From: the human T2T-CHM13v2.0 reference genome, Homo sapiens
Assembly: GCF_009914755.1 (NCBI RefSeq)
Contig: NC_060936.1
Length of the DNA stretch: 64,000 nucleotides
Strand: one strand, 5' to 3'
A program made the position numbers and the translations under genes. Numbering within the stretch: the first letter of the stretch is position 1; every line of letters starts with the position of its first letter. Positions 13,160-30,727 of the stretch are shown here, piece by piece. The notes under the pieces are model-generated. The model was not told where the DNA came from and did no database searches. It was given only the letters and a program-made list of their open reading frames with translations.

Positions 13160-14604
13160 ACATAACAGTTTTATAGGTACCACTGCACACACTGATATGA
13201 CAATTTACATCATCTAACAATGTTTTATTTGCTTTCTGTATGTGTGTGTGCACATGTGTGTGTGTGTTTTCTTGTTTGTTTTATATGACAATGAATTTTC
13301 TTTGCTCTAGCAGATGTCTCCTCTCTGGGACATAAGGTGAAGGTCCAGGGGACGGGTGAGGCCGTCCTAACCCAGGTGGTGATGCGTGTGCTCCAGTAGG
13401 GCAGGGTCCCCGTCTGACACACTCTCCCCTCCTTCCTTTGCATTTATCCAGTTCCTGGCACACAGATAAAATTCAATAAATATTTTCAGAATAAAACAGC
13501 TGATTCTAACAGATAATCTTGGGGGTGACTTCTGTGGGCAAAATGCTTTTTTTTTCCTGGAAGTATTTCCAGAAAAATCCTATGCAGCAAGCCAAAACCC
13601 CTCCTTTGGAACTGCAAAAGTCAGTCCAGTGGGGCACGATTCTTATAAAGGGATGGCTTCATATTGATCATTCTGAACGTTACAGGGAAGTGACTTTAAC
13701 TAGAAAGTTGCACATGACCGTGAAGCCTAAATGAGGATGTCAAATCTAGGGAAATAATCTAATTGCAATACAGCATCCGAATCTTTTGGAGACATCAAAT
13801 TATTGCCCAAGTCCTCTCAAAGCTCTTACAAATATAACTTCATACTTTTGGAAAAAGTCAAACAGAATTAAATGTAGACAAATCGTTAGTTATATATTTG
13901 AAAACTCTATTCCTACTATGAAATTAGTAACTTGTTAAGAAGACCAGAGTAGCTGTTAAGTAAAGGAGCCGGCTAGCAATCATTTAATAAGATGATTAAA
14001 CTCTACTTCTTTGTCACACTTGCTTCTGGGCAAATGGAGTAGACGGGTATGAAATAACAAGACTAGAATCTTTTAGTTGAATATTCCAGATATCAATGAA
14101 AAAAATTAATTTAAAACCAACTTACAATGTAGATCAAGTGGATTTGCATACCAATCCAAGGAAAAAACCCTAGTTGTAAATGGCATGCTTAACCATAGGT
14201 AAAGAAATGCACAATTAGAAAAGTAATTCAGGGTGAAAAAAATCCGATTTCTGTATCAATGCGCAGATATGGATAAATGACAAAGTTTCCTTCAAAACAG
14301 AGCCTTATTTTCGCTCATTGTTCTGTGCAGTTTTCAGAGAAGGAGAGGCAGATTCCCTGATATTCTTCTGGAACCACTCACCTAGCAGAGAAAATTGTTT
14401 GCCGGAGTAATGTTCATCAGCTGCTACTCTTCGAAGAGCCAGTGTTGATGCTGCAGCTGCCACAGAAAACCAGGCAGATGTGGTCTCAGCCCTCAGGGCT
14501 TCATACTCTGCATAAGATGCAGAAGTAAATAGGAAGTCATTAAAATGAGCAAAAAACAATACGATGGCAAGAGCAAAGTGTGTAGCAAGACAGGGAAGCA
14601 CCAT

Positions 14605-14790
14605 TAGCTCTGAATCATGTACTCTGCCCCACTATTGACGGGCATCAGAACCTCAGGCAGGTGTCTTCGCTTCTCCATGACTCAGTTTCTCCACCATAAA
14701 ATGAGAGGCACCATATTTTCTACCTCATAGGAGGGGTGTGAAATTTAAGTGAATCAATTATTTGAAATGTGCTTAAAATAGCAGCAAAGA
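14605..14790 (+). mobile_element. MIR
   Basis: ctcagtttctccaccataaaatgag...tacctcataggaggggtgtgaaatttaagtga core. Confidence 0.7.
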
Positions 14791-14799
14791 TAATCTATT

Positions 14800-15230
14800 G
14801 TATTAGTCAGGGAATCTAAACCTTAGTATTCACAACGTCAAGATGACAATGGCTCGATACGATAAAACTTGTTTTGGTTTGTTTGTGTCTCATTCACCCA
14901 TTAGTCCACTGTTACTATTCCTAGTCTGAGGGTTTTGGGAGGTGCTGCTTTCTTCCTGGTTCTGGGGAGGTAAGAAAGCTCCTTCCACCCACCAGCCATA
15001 GATAAGAGAAGAGGGCAAGGAGGCAGTAAAGCATGGGGTGGGGGGTGGCCCCATGGAAAGTTTTAGGACCCAAGCCTAGAAATAGCAGGCATCACTCACA
15101 CCATTGTCCACTGGCTAGAACGCAGTCACATGACAACACCTAGCCACAAAGGAGGCTGGGAAATGAAGTCCACCTGTGTGCACAGAAGAAAGAAATGGGT
15201 TTGTGAACATACAGCATCCCTGCAAAGGCT
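14800..15230 (-). mobile_element. MLT1 (MaLR) LTR
   Basis: tgtattagtcagg...ctggctagaacgcagtcacatgacaacacctagccacaaaggaggctgggaaatg. Confidence 0.65.
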
Positions 15231-15424
15231 CTCCACAGATAAGAGCTATTGATGCTTTATATCGAATATCACATCCATTGTTATTGTTATAGGACATATG
15301 TATCACATAAGTACACATGAATATATATATACTCATATATGTATATACTCATATATATAACCATATATATATTCACAGGCCTATATATATCTGAAATACA
15401 CACACACACGTATATATTACATAT

Positions 15425-15456
<32 letters not shown>

Positions 15457-15653
15457 ACTGACCATTGAACTACATGGGTCTGAACTCATGGGTTCTCTCA
15501 GACCGTGGATTTTATTCTGTCTCTGCAACCCCTGAACAGTAAGACCAACTCCTCCTCTTCCTCCTCCCCCTCAGTCTACTCAATATGAAGTCGATAAAGA
15601 TGAAGACCTTTCTGATGATCCACTTCCACTTACTGTATAGAAAACATATTTTC

Positions 15654-15950
15654 AGCTGGGTGCGAAGGCTCACACCTGTAATCCCAGCACTTTGGGAGGT
15701 GGGCGGATCACGAGGTCAGGAGATCAAGACCATCCTAGCCAACAAGGTGAAACCCCGTCTCTACTAAAAATACAAAAATTAGCTGGGCGTGGTGGTGCAT
15801 GCCTGTAGTCCCAGCTACTCGGGAGGCTGAGGCAGGAGAATCACTCAACCAGGGAGTAGGAGGCTGTAGTGAGCTGAGATCGCGCCACTGCACTCCAGTC
15901 TGGGTGACAAGAGTGAGACTTCATATAAAAAAAAAGAAAAGAAAAGAAAA
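15654..15950 (+). mobile_element. AluSc-like
   Basis: ggatcacgaggtcaggagatcaagaccatcct diagnostic, TSD aaacatatttt. Confidence 0.9.
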
Positions 15951-16031
15951 GGAAACATATTTTCTCCTTCTTACGATTTTCTTAATAACTCTTTCTTTTC
16001 TCTAGATTACTTTAAGAATACAATTTATCAA

Positions 16032-16375
<344 letters not shown>

Positions 16376-16517
16376 TTATCCTTAAGGCTTCTGGTGAATA
16401 GTAGGCTATCAGTAGTTAAGTCTAGGGGGAGCCCAAAGTTTTATAAGAATTTTGGACTGGGTAGGGGTCAGTCCCCTAACCTTCACTTTGGTCAAGGGTC
16501 AACTATGTGTGTGTGTT

Positions 16518-16550
<33 letters not shown>

Positions 16551-18011
16551 CACATGACTCAAGCATGGATAGCAGGAAGGGTTTCCAAGACAGATGGATT
16601 TGTCTAAGAGGAGACATGATTAATGAAAAGGCCTTAGGAGTGGGGGTGTGGGGAGCATGCCTTCTTGTTAAAGGGACGTCTGTGAGAAGACCCAGAAGAA
16701 ATAGGAAAAAGTCACTTGTGGGAGGGACTGAGAAAACTTCAGTCTGGCTGGAAAGAAAAGTCAGGGAGCAAGAAGGAGATAATAGAGACAGATCATGAAA
16801 ATATTTTACCTTAAACTCTTGGAGATGGGTGAGGTGGCTGCAGGGAGGATGCGGGGAGATACATGACTAGATTGAGCTCTAAGTTGCCCTGCATGGCTCC
16901 TGGTGGAGAGTGGGGCGGTGGTGGTGGGCCAGAACTCAGCAGCCCAGCTCCAACACCAGTGCCCTTGATGACGTGGCAGGAGGAGGGTTTGTGAGCAGAA
17001 GGGAGACCTGGGGAAGCCCCAGGGAACCCAGTGATCTGTGTCCTGTGGGGAGGATGAGAGTTGAGACCACAGATACGTGACCTGGACCTCAAAAGGAAAC
17101 CAGGGCAGTAGGGTCCCAAAGCCACAGGAAGTCAGGCTTCCAGGGGAGGAGCGGTGGCCGGCAGGGATGCTGCTGAGGAACCAGGTGAGATGCATATTGG
17201 ACTTGGGGACCCGGTAGTCCTTGGCTGCCTGTTAACACCAGCTGGCCTTAGAGACTGATGGGGCCAGAGAATGTGGTAGAGGAGGAATGAGAGGGGTGAG
17301 GATGTGAAGGGGCAAGTACAGAGGTTCTTTTTTGAGCCTGGGATATTAGTGGGGAGGTAGGGCACTGGCTTCAGGGGGAAAGTCCTAAATTGGGGCTGGA
17401 TCTCCTGCAGGCAGGACCCAGAGAGGTTGGCGCCGTCCATGCGGGGAGCCCCATCCTTGGTCCTTGGCCCTGACTGCTGAGATGGAAATCTATGTGACTG
17501 ATTCCACAGGTCTGACTGCTCCCACCCAGCAGGGTCATGCCAGTAGACTGAGGTTCCTCTGTGATGCTTGCCTCCCAGAGCTCAGAGTGGAGTATGGCTT
17601 AGGTCTCAGGACCAGCAGCACCCTCAGCACTGGGCTAAGGACACACTGTTTAGACAGATCTGGACAGATCACAGTGAACATTAAGGAACTATTTTCCTGG
17701 CATCTGGTCTTCCCTGGATTCTTAGTGGCTCGTTTGTTCTCTGTGATTTTTATCAGTCAGAGAAGTAAGAGGAAAACATAAACGAAAGGAAAAAGGAATC
17801 AGCCCATAAGGGAATGGGCTAGGTTTCAGCAACTCACTTGGGAGATGGCTGGCTCACCATTCCCCAACTCCCACCTCATTCTCTCTGCTCCTGCATCCAC
17901 TTTAATGCATAATTTATGGATGCGATTAACAGAAACCAATCAAGCAAGGTATGCATTCAGTGCTGTGTTTAACAACAGATGTTTCCAGAGGTGATTATGT
18001 TAGAACAATAA

Positions 18012-18055
18012 TACACACACACGCGCGCGCGCGCACACACACACACACACACACA
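18012..18055. repeat. (CA)n(CG)n(CA)n compound microsatellite
   Basis: tacacacacacgcgcgcgcgcgcacacacac... Confidence 0.95.
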
Positions 18056-18866
18056 GTGCCTGATCATCAGTACTGTGTTATGAGTGGTAACAAGACTGAT
18101 GGCTTCACCAATAAAACTTCCAGAGCAGGAGACTTGGAGAAATGAGCTTAGTGGCTACTGTTGGTGCCAATTATCTTCTTACTGTAGAATAAGTCTTTCT
18201 CATGCTTTGTGCCTCAGTTTTTGTTTTTTACTCCCAAGAAGCTGACATCTTAGGAAATTGTTCTGGGAGAAGAGAGGCATTTTTCAGGCCATTGTAAGAG
18301 GCTTCAGGTTCCACTCGGCTCTAGGACGGGGATTCACCCCCCCTGGCTGAATTCCAGCTGCTCAGACATTACAGTGCAGCTCAGTGAGCTGCTGTGTTCT
18401 TCCAATCCTCCTACAGAGTCGCAGGGTTATTCCCGGGTAAGAAAGGTGGGTCCGAGTCCTCCCACACCACAGCATCTGCAATAGGATTCTGTGCATATGT
18501 CTACGTCACCCAGCCCTTTGGCTTCCTCATCAATAAGAGCAACTCTTGCTAGAGACCGTTGTGAAAGGTACAGGGATTCACGCAGATGAGGCATTAGGCA
18601 GAGCACCCAGCCTGAAGCAAAGTCAGCTGTGTCACTGTCATCATTTTTGGGAAGCTTCTTATAACCACTCCCTGAGTTCCCACTAGCAAGGGGAGGCAAG
18701 ACCCCAACATTTTCATCCGTGATTAAACTGGCTGGAGACAGCAAGTAGAGTTCCAGCTCAGACCTCAAATTCACAAAAGACCCCAGAAGGGGGTGCTTCT
18801 GGTCCTGCACCACATTTACACTTTTGATGTTGTCTCCGAGGGAGCCTACAAGTCCACTAACAGTCA

Positions 18867-19223
<357 letters not shown>

Positions 19224-19659
19224 CTACATGTGACCATCACAGGATCGAATCTCCCGTTGAAATTAGTATTCTCAACTCATCTCAACATCGGAACGTTTGC
19301 AGTTTAAAAGCATTCATTTGTTCATTGTGAGCAGCTAATACATACCACATATTTTGACATCTGATTTTGGCAATTCTTTACTTATTTGAAGGGGACCCTG
19401 AATAGAAATACAGAACAATAACCTAACGAAAACACTATTTCTGATGGCTGGTCCTCTCGTTACCACCAGGAAGCTCTGCCAGGACACTCCACTGCCGGGA
19501 GGGGTGCCTAGGAACGAAGAGCAGAGGGGCCAGTGAGGTCCTGCCACGCCCTGCTGAGTTCTACGTGCTTGCGCGCTTCTTCCTCGGGAGAGCTTCCACT
19601 GATTTAATTGGATATGGGGATGGAGAGAGGAAACAGAAACAGGGAAAGAAGTGAAAAAG

Positions 19660-19905
19660 GGAAGGACGGGGCGCGCGCGGCAGGGGGGCAGGCGGCCTGG
19701 TGCAGGTGCATCCCCAGGTGCGCGCCACGCCCCTGCGGGACCCGGCGGCACCGCGGTGCGTTCCCAGCCGCCGGCGCTAGAGGGCGTGTCTGCGGAAAGA
19801 CTCGCTGCGCTGGCCCAGGCTCCACGAGGGGCCGACAGGGGGCGCTCTGCACAGGGACCGGAGGGAGCGGGAGCCGAACTTGCGTGAGAGGCGCGGGGCC
19901 ACCCG
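19660..19905. promoter_or_regulatory. Small orphan CpG island with CTCF-like motifs
   Basis: The only GC- and CpG-rich non-repeat stretch. ggccgacagggggcgct (19830-19846) is close to the CTCF core CCACCAGGGGGCGCT. Also ggcgctagagggcgt (19773-19787) and gcggcagggggcag (about 19677). Confidence 0.72.
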
Positions 19906-20094
19906 TGCAGGTGTAGGTGGAGCCACTCTGCCAACCCCTGGGCACTGGGCAGGGCTGGAGGGAGGATTGCCCTGTGCACAGGTGGAAGACATTTCACCTC
20001 TTACAAATCCTGAGGGCGCTTTTGCTTGTTTAAGGGAGTTTGGGAGACAGTGTTGCAAAGGGTCCAGTAATAGTTGCAGAATCATTTCTCAGGA

Positions 20095-20320
20095 TGTCTT
20101 AGAGTCAGGAATCCCTGAATTTGAATCTCAGCTCTGCCCTTCACTGTGCAATTGTGGACAAGGGAATTCACGGTCTGAACCTCAGTTCCCTCCACCCCTA
20201 AAATGGGGATAATGAGCGCGCCTAAGTCACAGGGTTGGAGTGAGGATTAAATGAGATTCTGCACCTGCAGGTAGCACACAGAGCAAGGTATCTGCTACAT
20301 GATAAATCCTCAACTTTTAG
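20095..20320 (+). mobile_element. MIR
   Basis: tctgaacctcagttccc...aaaatggggataat...gaggattaaatgaga. Confidence 0.8.
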
Positions 20321-21609
20321 CTGCCTACTCATTATTATTAATATTACTATATTTTTATGACTATGACTATATGATTACTATTACTACTTTTACTATATTA
20401 TTGTGTTGATACATCAGGCTGTTTGGCCATTCTAGATGCTTAGCTGAAAAGAAAAGCTTTTTCTACTTAGAAGAGCAGTTCCCAAACTTTTTGGTCTCAC
20501 AGCCCCTTTACATTCTTGAAAGTTATTCAATAATCCAAAGTGCTTTTATTTATGTGGAATTTACACCCCGTGCCACTGAATTTAAGCCCATTCAAGTCCA
20601 TGTGGTTAAAATGTTTTTTTGTGAACAGAATATTTAGATAAACATTCAAGATTCCTGGCTGTTTTTCTGTTTCCTACATGAAAGAAAAAGAAAAGCCAAC
20701 TTTCTCATAGGATATTCTCAGAAGGCTGTGGGGCCCCAAGAGCCCTGGGCTGGAAGGCAGGAGGCCTAGGCTCAGATTCTGACTCTGTCCTTGTCTCACT
20801 GTGTGGCCTTAAGCAAGGTGCTTGCCTCTCTGAGTCTTGGGTGTGCCATGTTCTGAGGCACATCCAGCTGTGAAAAGGCAGGTGTCTGGTTCTTTGTCAT
20901 CTATTAGAAGAGTGTCATTCACACTGATGCATGGATCTGAAGGAAGGAGACCCCCACACACACATGACTTGCCAACCCAAAATCACCCCCAAAGGAGGAT
21001 ATGAATTCACGAAGTCCAGGTTTGACTCTAGGCTCAGCCATTACCACATGCATGACCTTGGGAAAGTCAGTCCTCATTCCTGCCCCAGGGTTCAGCTTAA
21101 CTTGACAGGTAGTGGGGCGATATGATGACCTTCAAACTTGTACCTTCAGCTGGAATTTCAGACTGAACACTGTGGGGTTAGAGGTGACCAGAGGCATCTG
21201 TCAGCTGGACCTTGAGTCGAGGCCTTTTCTGGTCACCAGGGGTTGTGCTCTGACACTTAAGTTTTGTGGGGGAGACTGCACCGTATTGTTTGTTTCCAGG
21301 CTATAGTTAGCAGGAATATGCCTCCTTCCTTCCCTGGGACCCCTTCTAGGCTGAGCAAGGCCACAGTACCTCCTGGAAGGGCACTTGGTAACCTGTGACT
21401 TAGTCCACATCCTAACTCGACCACTCTTGAGCTGTGTGATGTTGATCTAACAGCCAAACCTCTCAGCCTGTCTTTCCTCAACTGCGAAATGAGGATGTTA
21501 AGTCTTCAAATTAAAGTGAGGAACATCATTCATGAAACGTCCACCACACTCCCTTGCTGTGCCAGTGCTTGAGGGGAAATATCTCACTGAGGCTTCTCAA
21601 TAGTATTTA

Positions 21610-21760
21610 TGAGTGAGGTGCTTTGATTTGTTCTATTTTACAGATGCAGAAACTGGGGCGCCGAGAGGTTAAATCACTCATCTGGAGACACACAGCCAGG
21701 GAGGATAGTAAGCAGCCAGGATCCAAGCCCACATCCATAGGACCTGAGGCTACAGTGTAC
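21610..21760 (-). mobile_element. MIR
   Basis: attttacagatgcagaaactggggcgccgagaggttaaatcact. Confidence 0.75.
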
Positions 21761-22716
21761 CATCCCTCACCTGCTCCCCACTGTGCTTCATAACACCAGG
21801 TGCAGAGGACAGTGGGGCCAGAGGCGGTGGTGGATAAGAAGTGACTAGGATGAGGATGTGAAAAGGGCAAATATTCACTTGCCTCTCTTGTGACATATTC
21901 ACATACCATAGAAAGCTATTTCTCCATCTCTAGCTCCTCAGAGAACTTTCTGTGGAATTGTAATGCATGTCCTTGAAAAAGTGCAGGCAGCTGAAATGCA
22001 TGACAGTTGAAGCACTTGGATCTCATTGTCAGACTGCGCATTTTCTAACCGTGAAGGGCTTTCTCGGTTTAGAGACTATTAGTTCAAACTCTAAGTAGTC
22101 CATTTATTTTGCTCAGAAAACTGTAATGCATTTCCTAAATTTCCTCTTCTGAGGTTTAAAAATAACCTACCTTAGCAGCAGACATCAATTCCTTTAAATC
22201 AGTTCCTGCTTGATCATCCAGGTTGTCTCTTTTCCGGATTCACTTTACGTATCCTAGTCCAAGTCACCCCTCTCTGCCCCCCACAGTGTTACTATCAAGA
22301 AGGGGGCCAGGCGAGGGTGTCAGACTTCCCTGGCTGTAGACAGGGATCAGATCTGTCATTCTCTGTCATGTGTGACTTGGCCTATGCTTGTGGATGTGGC
22401 TTTACTAGGTTCATTGAGATTGTTTATTTCTTCTTTTAATTTTTGAGCTTATTATGAATGGTTTTAGACTTTCCTGAATATCTACATTTTTATCCAGTCT
22501 GTTAACATTTTCTGATATTCTTCACTCTTTTGAGATAATTTTAAGGAATTTTTGTCTTTGTCCTGATGAACCTGTAGGATAGAACTTTTGCTATTTTCTA
22601 GTGACTATGTTGCTTTTTGAATATCAGCCTTAAACACACATTGACCCATAAACACACCTTGAATCCAATCAGTGGGTTTCTCTCTTTCTAGTTATTTTTT
22701 GAGTAGCTCTATCTTT

Positions 22717-22860
22717 AGGAAGAAAATAAAAGAAAAGAAAAAGCAAGGAGGGAAGAAACGAAGGAAGAAAGGAAGAAAAGAAGGAAGGAAGGAAGGAAAG
22801 AAGGAAGGAAGGAAGGAAAGAAGGAAGGAAGGAAGGAAAGAGAAAGAGAAAGAAAAGAAA
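22717..22860. repeat. (GGAA)n/GA-rich simple repeat
   Basis: Direct inspection. Confidence 0.95.
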
Positions 22861-23522
22861 TAAGCCAACAAATTCTTATAGTTTGCTGCCAAATTCAGTG
22901 TTTCTAAGGTTTTGAAGACCTGGGGTGACTTCAGGTTTTTTTAGACTTTTTAAATCAATTCGTAATTTTCACGGATTTTGTTATTCTTCAATTTGGGAAG
23001 AACAAAAACCTTTTGATGACTTCATTTCCCCTCTTCACATCCTGCTTGCTTATTATGAAAACAAACAACGCAATACCATCATCTCCCCATGAAACCCAGC
23101 ATGACCTGGGCCTTGCTTAAATCTTCAGGCACCACCACAGACTTGGTCATCTCCAGAAGGAGCTGAAGTGAAGAAGCCGGCAGCCAGCAGTCCCTCCATG
23201 GGGCCAAAGGCTCTTGCAGCTCCACCCCGGTTGCCAGTGCCCTGCTCAGGCAGAACACTTGGTGTGGAATCCTGTGTGTTTTTCTATTTCAAACACAAAC
23301 AGGTGCCTGGCAACCGTCAGGGAGACTGGGAGAGGAGAGACCTATCCCTTCCATGGCCAAGGCACATGCAGAAATGAAAATATTTTAATGGCACTCAGGA
23401 AAATGGATGAGACTCTGAAGCTGGAAGCAACCACGCTTTAGGATTTAGCCACCCAAGGCTCAAGTGGCCTAACAAGAAAACGGCACCCAAAGTTAAGCCA
23501 TGGCTGCTGCCTACCCTGTGTA

Positions 23523-24050
23523 TGTGTTATCGGCCAAAGGGGATCACTGCCCAGTGCACTAGAGGCCAATACCAAGACACTGTTTTTTTTGAGAAAATAT
23601 AAAAGCTTTTTATTGTACATCAACCAACAAGGAGACAGAAGTACAGCTCAAATCTGTCTTCCTGTGCTGGCTTTAAGGCAGTAATTTTATTAGAAAAGGT
23701 TTAGGGGTGGATTCTGGGGTTAGTAGGTAATTGGTAGAAGGAAAAGGGAGGTCTGGAAAGTCCTCAGCCTCACACAGTTATCTCTTCATACCTCCTCATG
23801 GGTCTCATGTGCAAATTTGGGGGTAGTTAGTATGAAACTTGTGTTGAAATTCAGGCTGTGACATCAGCAAGCTTGTTCTGTGCAGACTTTATTTGGCCAC
23901 ATTGGTTCCAACCAATTTCAGCCAGTTCTTTTTATCTCATAAGCAGAGGGAGTTTCAACATCTCCACACGTTGTTTCTTTTTTGTCTGTCATCTTATAAA
24001 CTCAAGAATTGCAGTGAGTTACTAGTTTCTTTAACTCTGGGGCATGACAT
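23523..24050 (-). mobile_element. Solo LTR, probably ERV1 class (family uncertain)
   Basis: TG...CA bounded, with a minus-strand polyA signal (tttatt near 23608) and caaggagacag...ctcaaatctgtc motif. Confidence 0.55.
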
Positions 24051-25558
24051 CACGTGGACTGTGCCAAGGCTTCTTGGGCAGGATGCTCTGTAGCTGAGAT
24101 CACCCATGGCCACATCCTGGTCTCATTCTTCTTTTTCTCTTCAATTAAAATTGTTTTCCTGTAGCCCCAAGAGCCTACAAAGTTCACAGGAATCTTATGA
24201 GAACATGCCCCATTGTCTCATAGGACCAAGCCTTTGTCTGAGTAATGTACATGCTTGTTTGTGTATCTTTTGCCTCGTATTACAAAGTTTGTTCTTGAAT
24301 TGCATGTGAGCCCCATGTAACCCTGTGAAACAGGAAGTGTTGGCCTCATTGGATCCAATTTTCAGAGGAGGCCCAAAGAATTTAACTGACTTACCAGAGG
24401 GCATCTAGCATGTCACCAAAGGAGCAAAGGTAGAAGGTGGCTCCTGAGCCCTCAGATTCAATGCTCACTTATTTCAATGCCTCATGTCACTCTGAAGCCA
24501 TGAGGTAAACTGAGAAAGTGCAGCCTCTGGGCTCCCTGCATGGGCAGCACTAGTCTATGAGCATTCTGTAGCACAGGTGCAGCCATGACGAAGACGAATA
24601 GGGCAGGCGTGTGCTGCCCACAACACGGAGGAACAGAAGCCCTGCACTTCTTCAAAGAATCCTCATTTACTCACAGTCATTCAGCAAAGCAGCTCTCTTT
24701 GCTCCTCATAGGCAAAAATGTTTCTCCATTACAGTTTTATGGTTCATACATGGAAAGTATAAACCACAAAGAGGAAGGATAAATCAGGGCTGAGGGAGAC
24801 AGAGATTCCAATTACCATTATTGATTTTTCACTGTATAGAAATATGGAGGGATTTAGTGTCCATATCTTCAGTTACTATGTCTCAAACCACTGCATCTGA
24901 AAAAAAAAAACACCAAAATGTGACATTCTGAATATTATCGCCATCCCAGAGATGAAACTTAGATCCCGTAACAGTTTGGTATAAAACACAAGCAGAATGC
25001 TATAGCCACAGCTCACCTCCTCATAACATATGTTACTCTTTGGAGAAAAACACTTGAATTAAGAAAGATTTTTCAGGATGAATTTTTTTAAAACCTGAGA
25101 AACTGAACAATTAGATTCAAATACGTGCAGTAAAGTTTTGGATCCAAACTTTGCTCCAAAGACAAGACTGTATGCTTACCATTTTCAAAAGAACGAGTAA
25201 AAAAATTTTAGAAAGTAATGGCTTAAGATGAGGTTATTTGTGGATGAATAATAATTCTGGAGCACTTGAGGCAGCTTCATTTGCATCTTGTCAGAAAATG
25301 TTCCCATCACGGCAGACAGAAACTCCTGGAGCTGCATTACCCATGCATCTGCCCATTCATAAAAGTGGGTTTCTATTCTCCAGGGGCCCTGTGTCATAGA
25401 AGGCGGGGAACAGACCCCTGGTGGAATGGGTGATGGTCATCTTTGGGACAGGAGATGATTTAGATACTTAGACAGTCACAGAATTATTTTAATCACAGAA
25501 TAATTTCACATTAATTATCTTTGAGTCATTCTCATGGAAGTGTACCTTTTACCTTTAA

Positions 25559-26019
<461 letters not shown>

Positions 26020-26849
26020 CCAGTCTTCTTCCATAGCAAAAGGACACAGGCCTCTGGCAGAGAGCTTTGACAAGAAACTAAATCTGGCTGGAATTCTTAA
26101 ACATTTTGTTTTAATATGGTTTTGCATGTCTTCTGTTTGTGGCAAGTGATGGTGACCTTCTATTTAAAATAATAAAAAATGTGTCTTTTGAAATTATTTC
26201 AAGAAAACCTATGTCACTTTAAAGATGTGTTTGTGTGTGTTTGTGTTTTTGTGCATGCATGGGTACACAGATTAACAGCATGCGCTGTCAGACATGGCCA
26301 AACCTACGCAAGGGAGTGCTGGGTACTCAGAGTGATCTTGTGTTACGGGTACACAGGGGCTGGAGTGTGGGAAGTGCAGGCTGGCGAGGTGGGCATGAAG
26401 CGAAATGTACATGAGCTGCTGAGCTCACGTCACACAGGTGACAGCCTTGTGTCCACCATGTCCTCACTGGCCAGCTTGGCTAGCAGTAGCGGCCAGTCCA
26501 CGTTTAGCGTCCCCCATTCCTCTTGGTTCTGAGGAGCTCCTAATTTTGTTAAATCAAATAATGTTTTCGTTGTTTCTGTACAGTTTGAACACGGCAGGTC
26601 AGTGCATTGGATTCAGGCCTCAGGCCTCCAGGCTGCAGCTCTGAGTATCCTTGTCCTTTTGACAGACAGCCGAATTACCTCTCTGGGGACCTTCCCCACA
26701 CAGCCTCATTGCTCCACTGGCCGCAAACCTCTTCCCCAGCCTCATCAGACTTGATGATCCCGCCAGAAGGAAAGAGGGATGGGAATTCATTCACACAGAA
26801 AATGATGACTGATGAAGCTTAATCAGTGACCTCTCACTGGGGAAACCTG

Positions 26850-27367
26850 GATTAAAAGGATTTTCCTGGGCAACAATGCTCTGGAGTGCCTGCTCATAGC
26901 TCTCTTTCTCCTTCCTTCTGGTTGATGCAGCCAGCATCCTGTAATAATCGATGCTGGACACACAGCCACTTTCCCAGGCTCTTCATAGATGACATGGGAC
27001 CCAATATGGGTCAATGGGACCTGCAAAGATATCAATGAGACCTTCTGTACAGCTTTTCCTGCTTACAAAAAGGGGCGTGAGAGAGGATGAAGACAAAAAA
27101 CTTGCCATCTTATTGCCTTCGGATGTGAATGGGTGAGGATGTGATACTTGGAGTTCTGGCTGCCATATTGTGGCCATGAGAAGATAAGGTTAAGCCAGAC
27201 GACATGCCGGAGGGTGCAGAGAAGAAAGAAAGAGCCTGGAGTCCTAGAAACATAGGAGAACTCCTGAGCCAACCCTAAGACCCCGGCTTTCAGCTTCTTG
27301 ATATATGAGATATCTCCTCTTGTTTACAGTCTCCTAGTTGAATATTTTGTTACTTGATACTAATACA
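26850..27367 (+). mobile_element. MLT1 (MaLR) LTR
   Basis: gaggatgtgatacttggagttctggctgccatattgtggccatgag...ttttgttacttg..ctaataca. Confidence 0.6.
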
Positions 27368-27524
27368 AAGTAGCACCGAGGAGCCCAAAGAAACAGGGAT
27401 TCTGTGAAATTCTAATATCTGTGAAAGTCAGAGAAGAAGATACACCCAGAGGATCTCAGGTTGCATACTGCCTGTCCAGAGACCCCAAAATTTCAAAATG
27501 GGGAATACTGCCTATGTTGAGTAA

Positions 27525-29970
<2,446 letters not shown>

Positions 29971-30036
29971 AGAGGATGTTAAGAAACAAACCTATTATTC
30001 CAGAAGCTAGTAGTAAGGTGTAAAAAACACGTGCTT

Positions 30037-30338
<302 letters not shown>

Positions 30339-30464
30339 TCATATTTTCTGCATGAGCTATACTTCAGCATAGCCAAAGAGTTGGCCAGGCATTTTTTTAA
30401 AGACAAATTCTGCCTAAAATTATGAAGGAATTTTAGAAAACCATTACTTTTAAATCTCTGGCAA

Positions 30465-30727
30465 ATATATATATGTATATTTATATATTTAATATATATA
30501 ATATATTATTATATATAATATTATATAATAATATATTATATATATTATATATTATTATTAATATATATTTATTATTTAATAAATATATAAAATATAAAGA
30601 TATATAGATATATAAAAAGATATATGAAGATATATATAAAGATATATATAATGATATATATAAATATATATAAAGATATATATATATAAAGATATATATA
30701 TATAAAGATATATATATATATATATAT
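30465..30727. repeat. AT-rich low-complexity / (TA)n block
   Basis: Nearly pure A/T with aaagatatatat units. Confidence 0.9.

Noticed and set aside
19335-19997. 220-aa ORF and overlapping ORFs
   Set aside because: Several frames are open because high GC content depletes stop codons; low-complexity P/A/R peptide with no recognisable domain.
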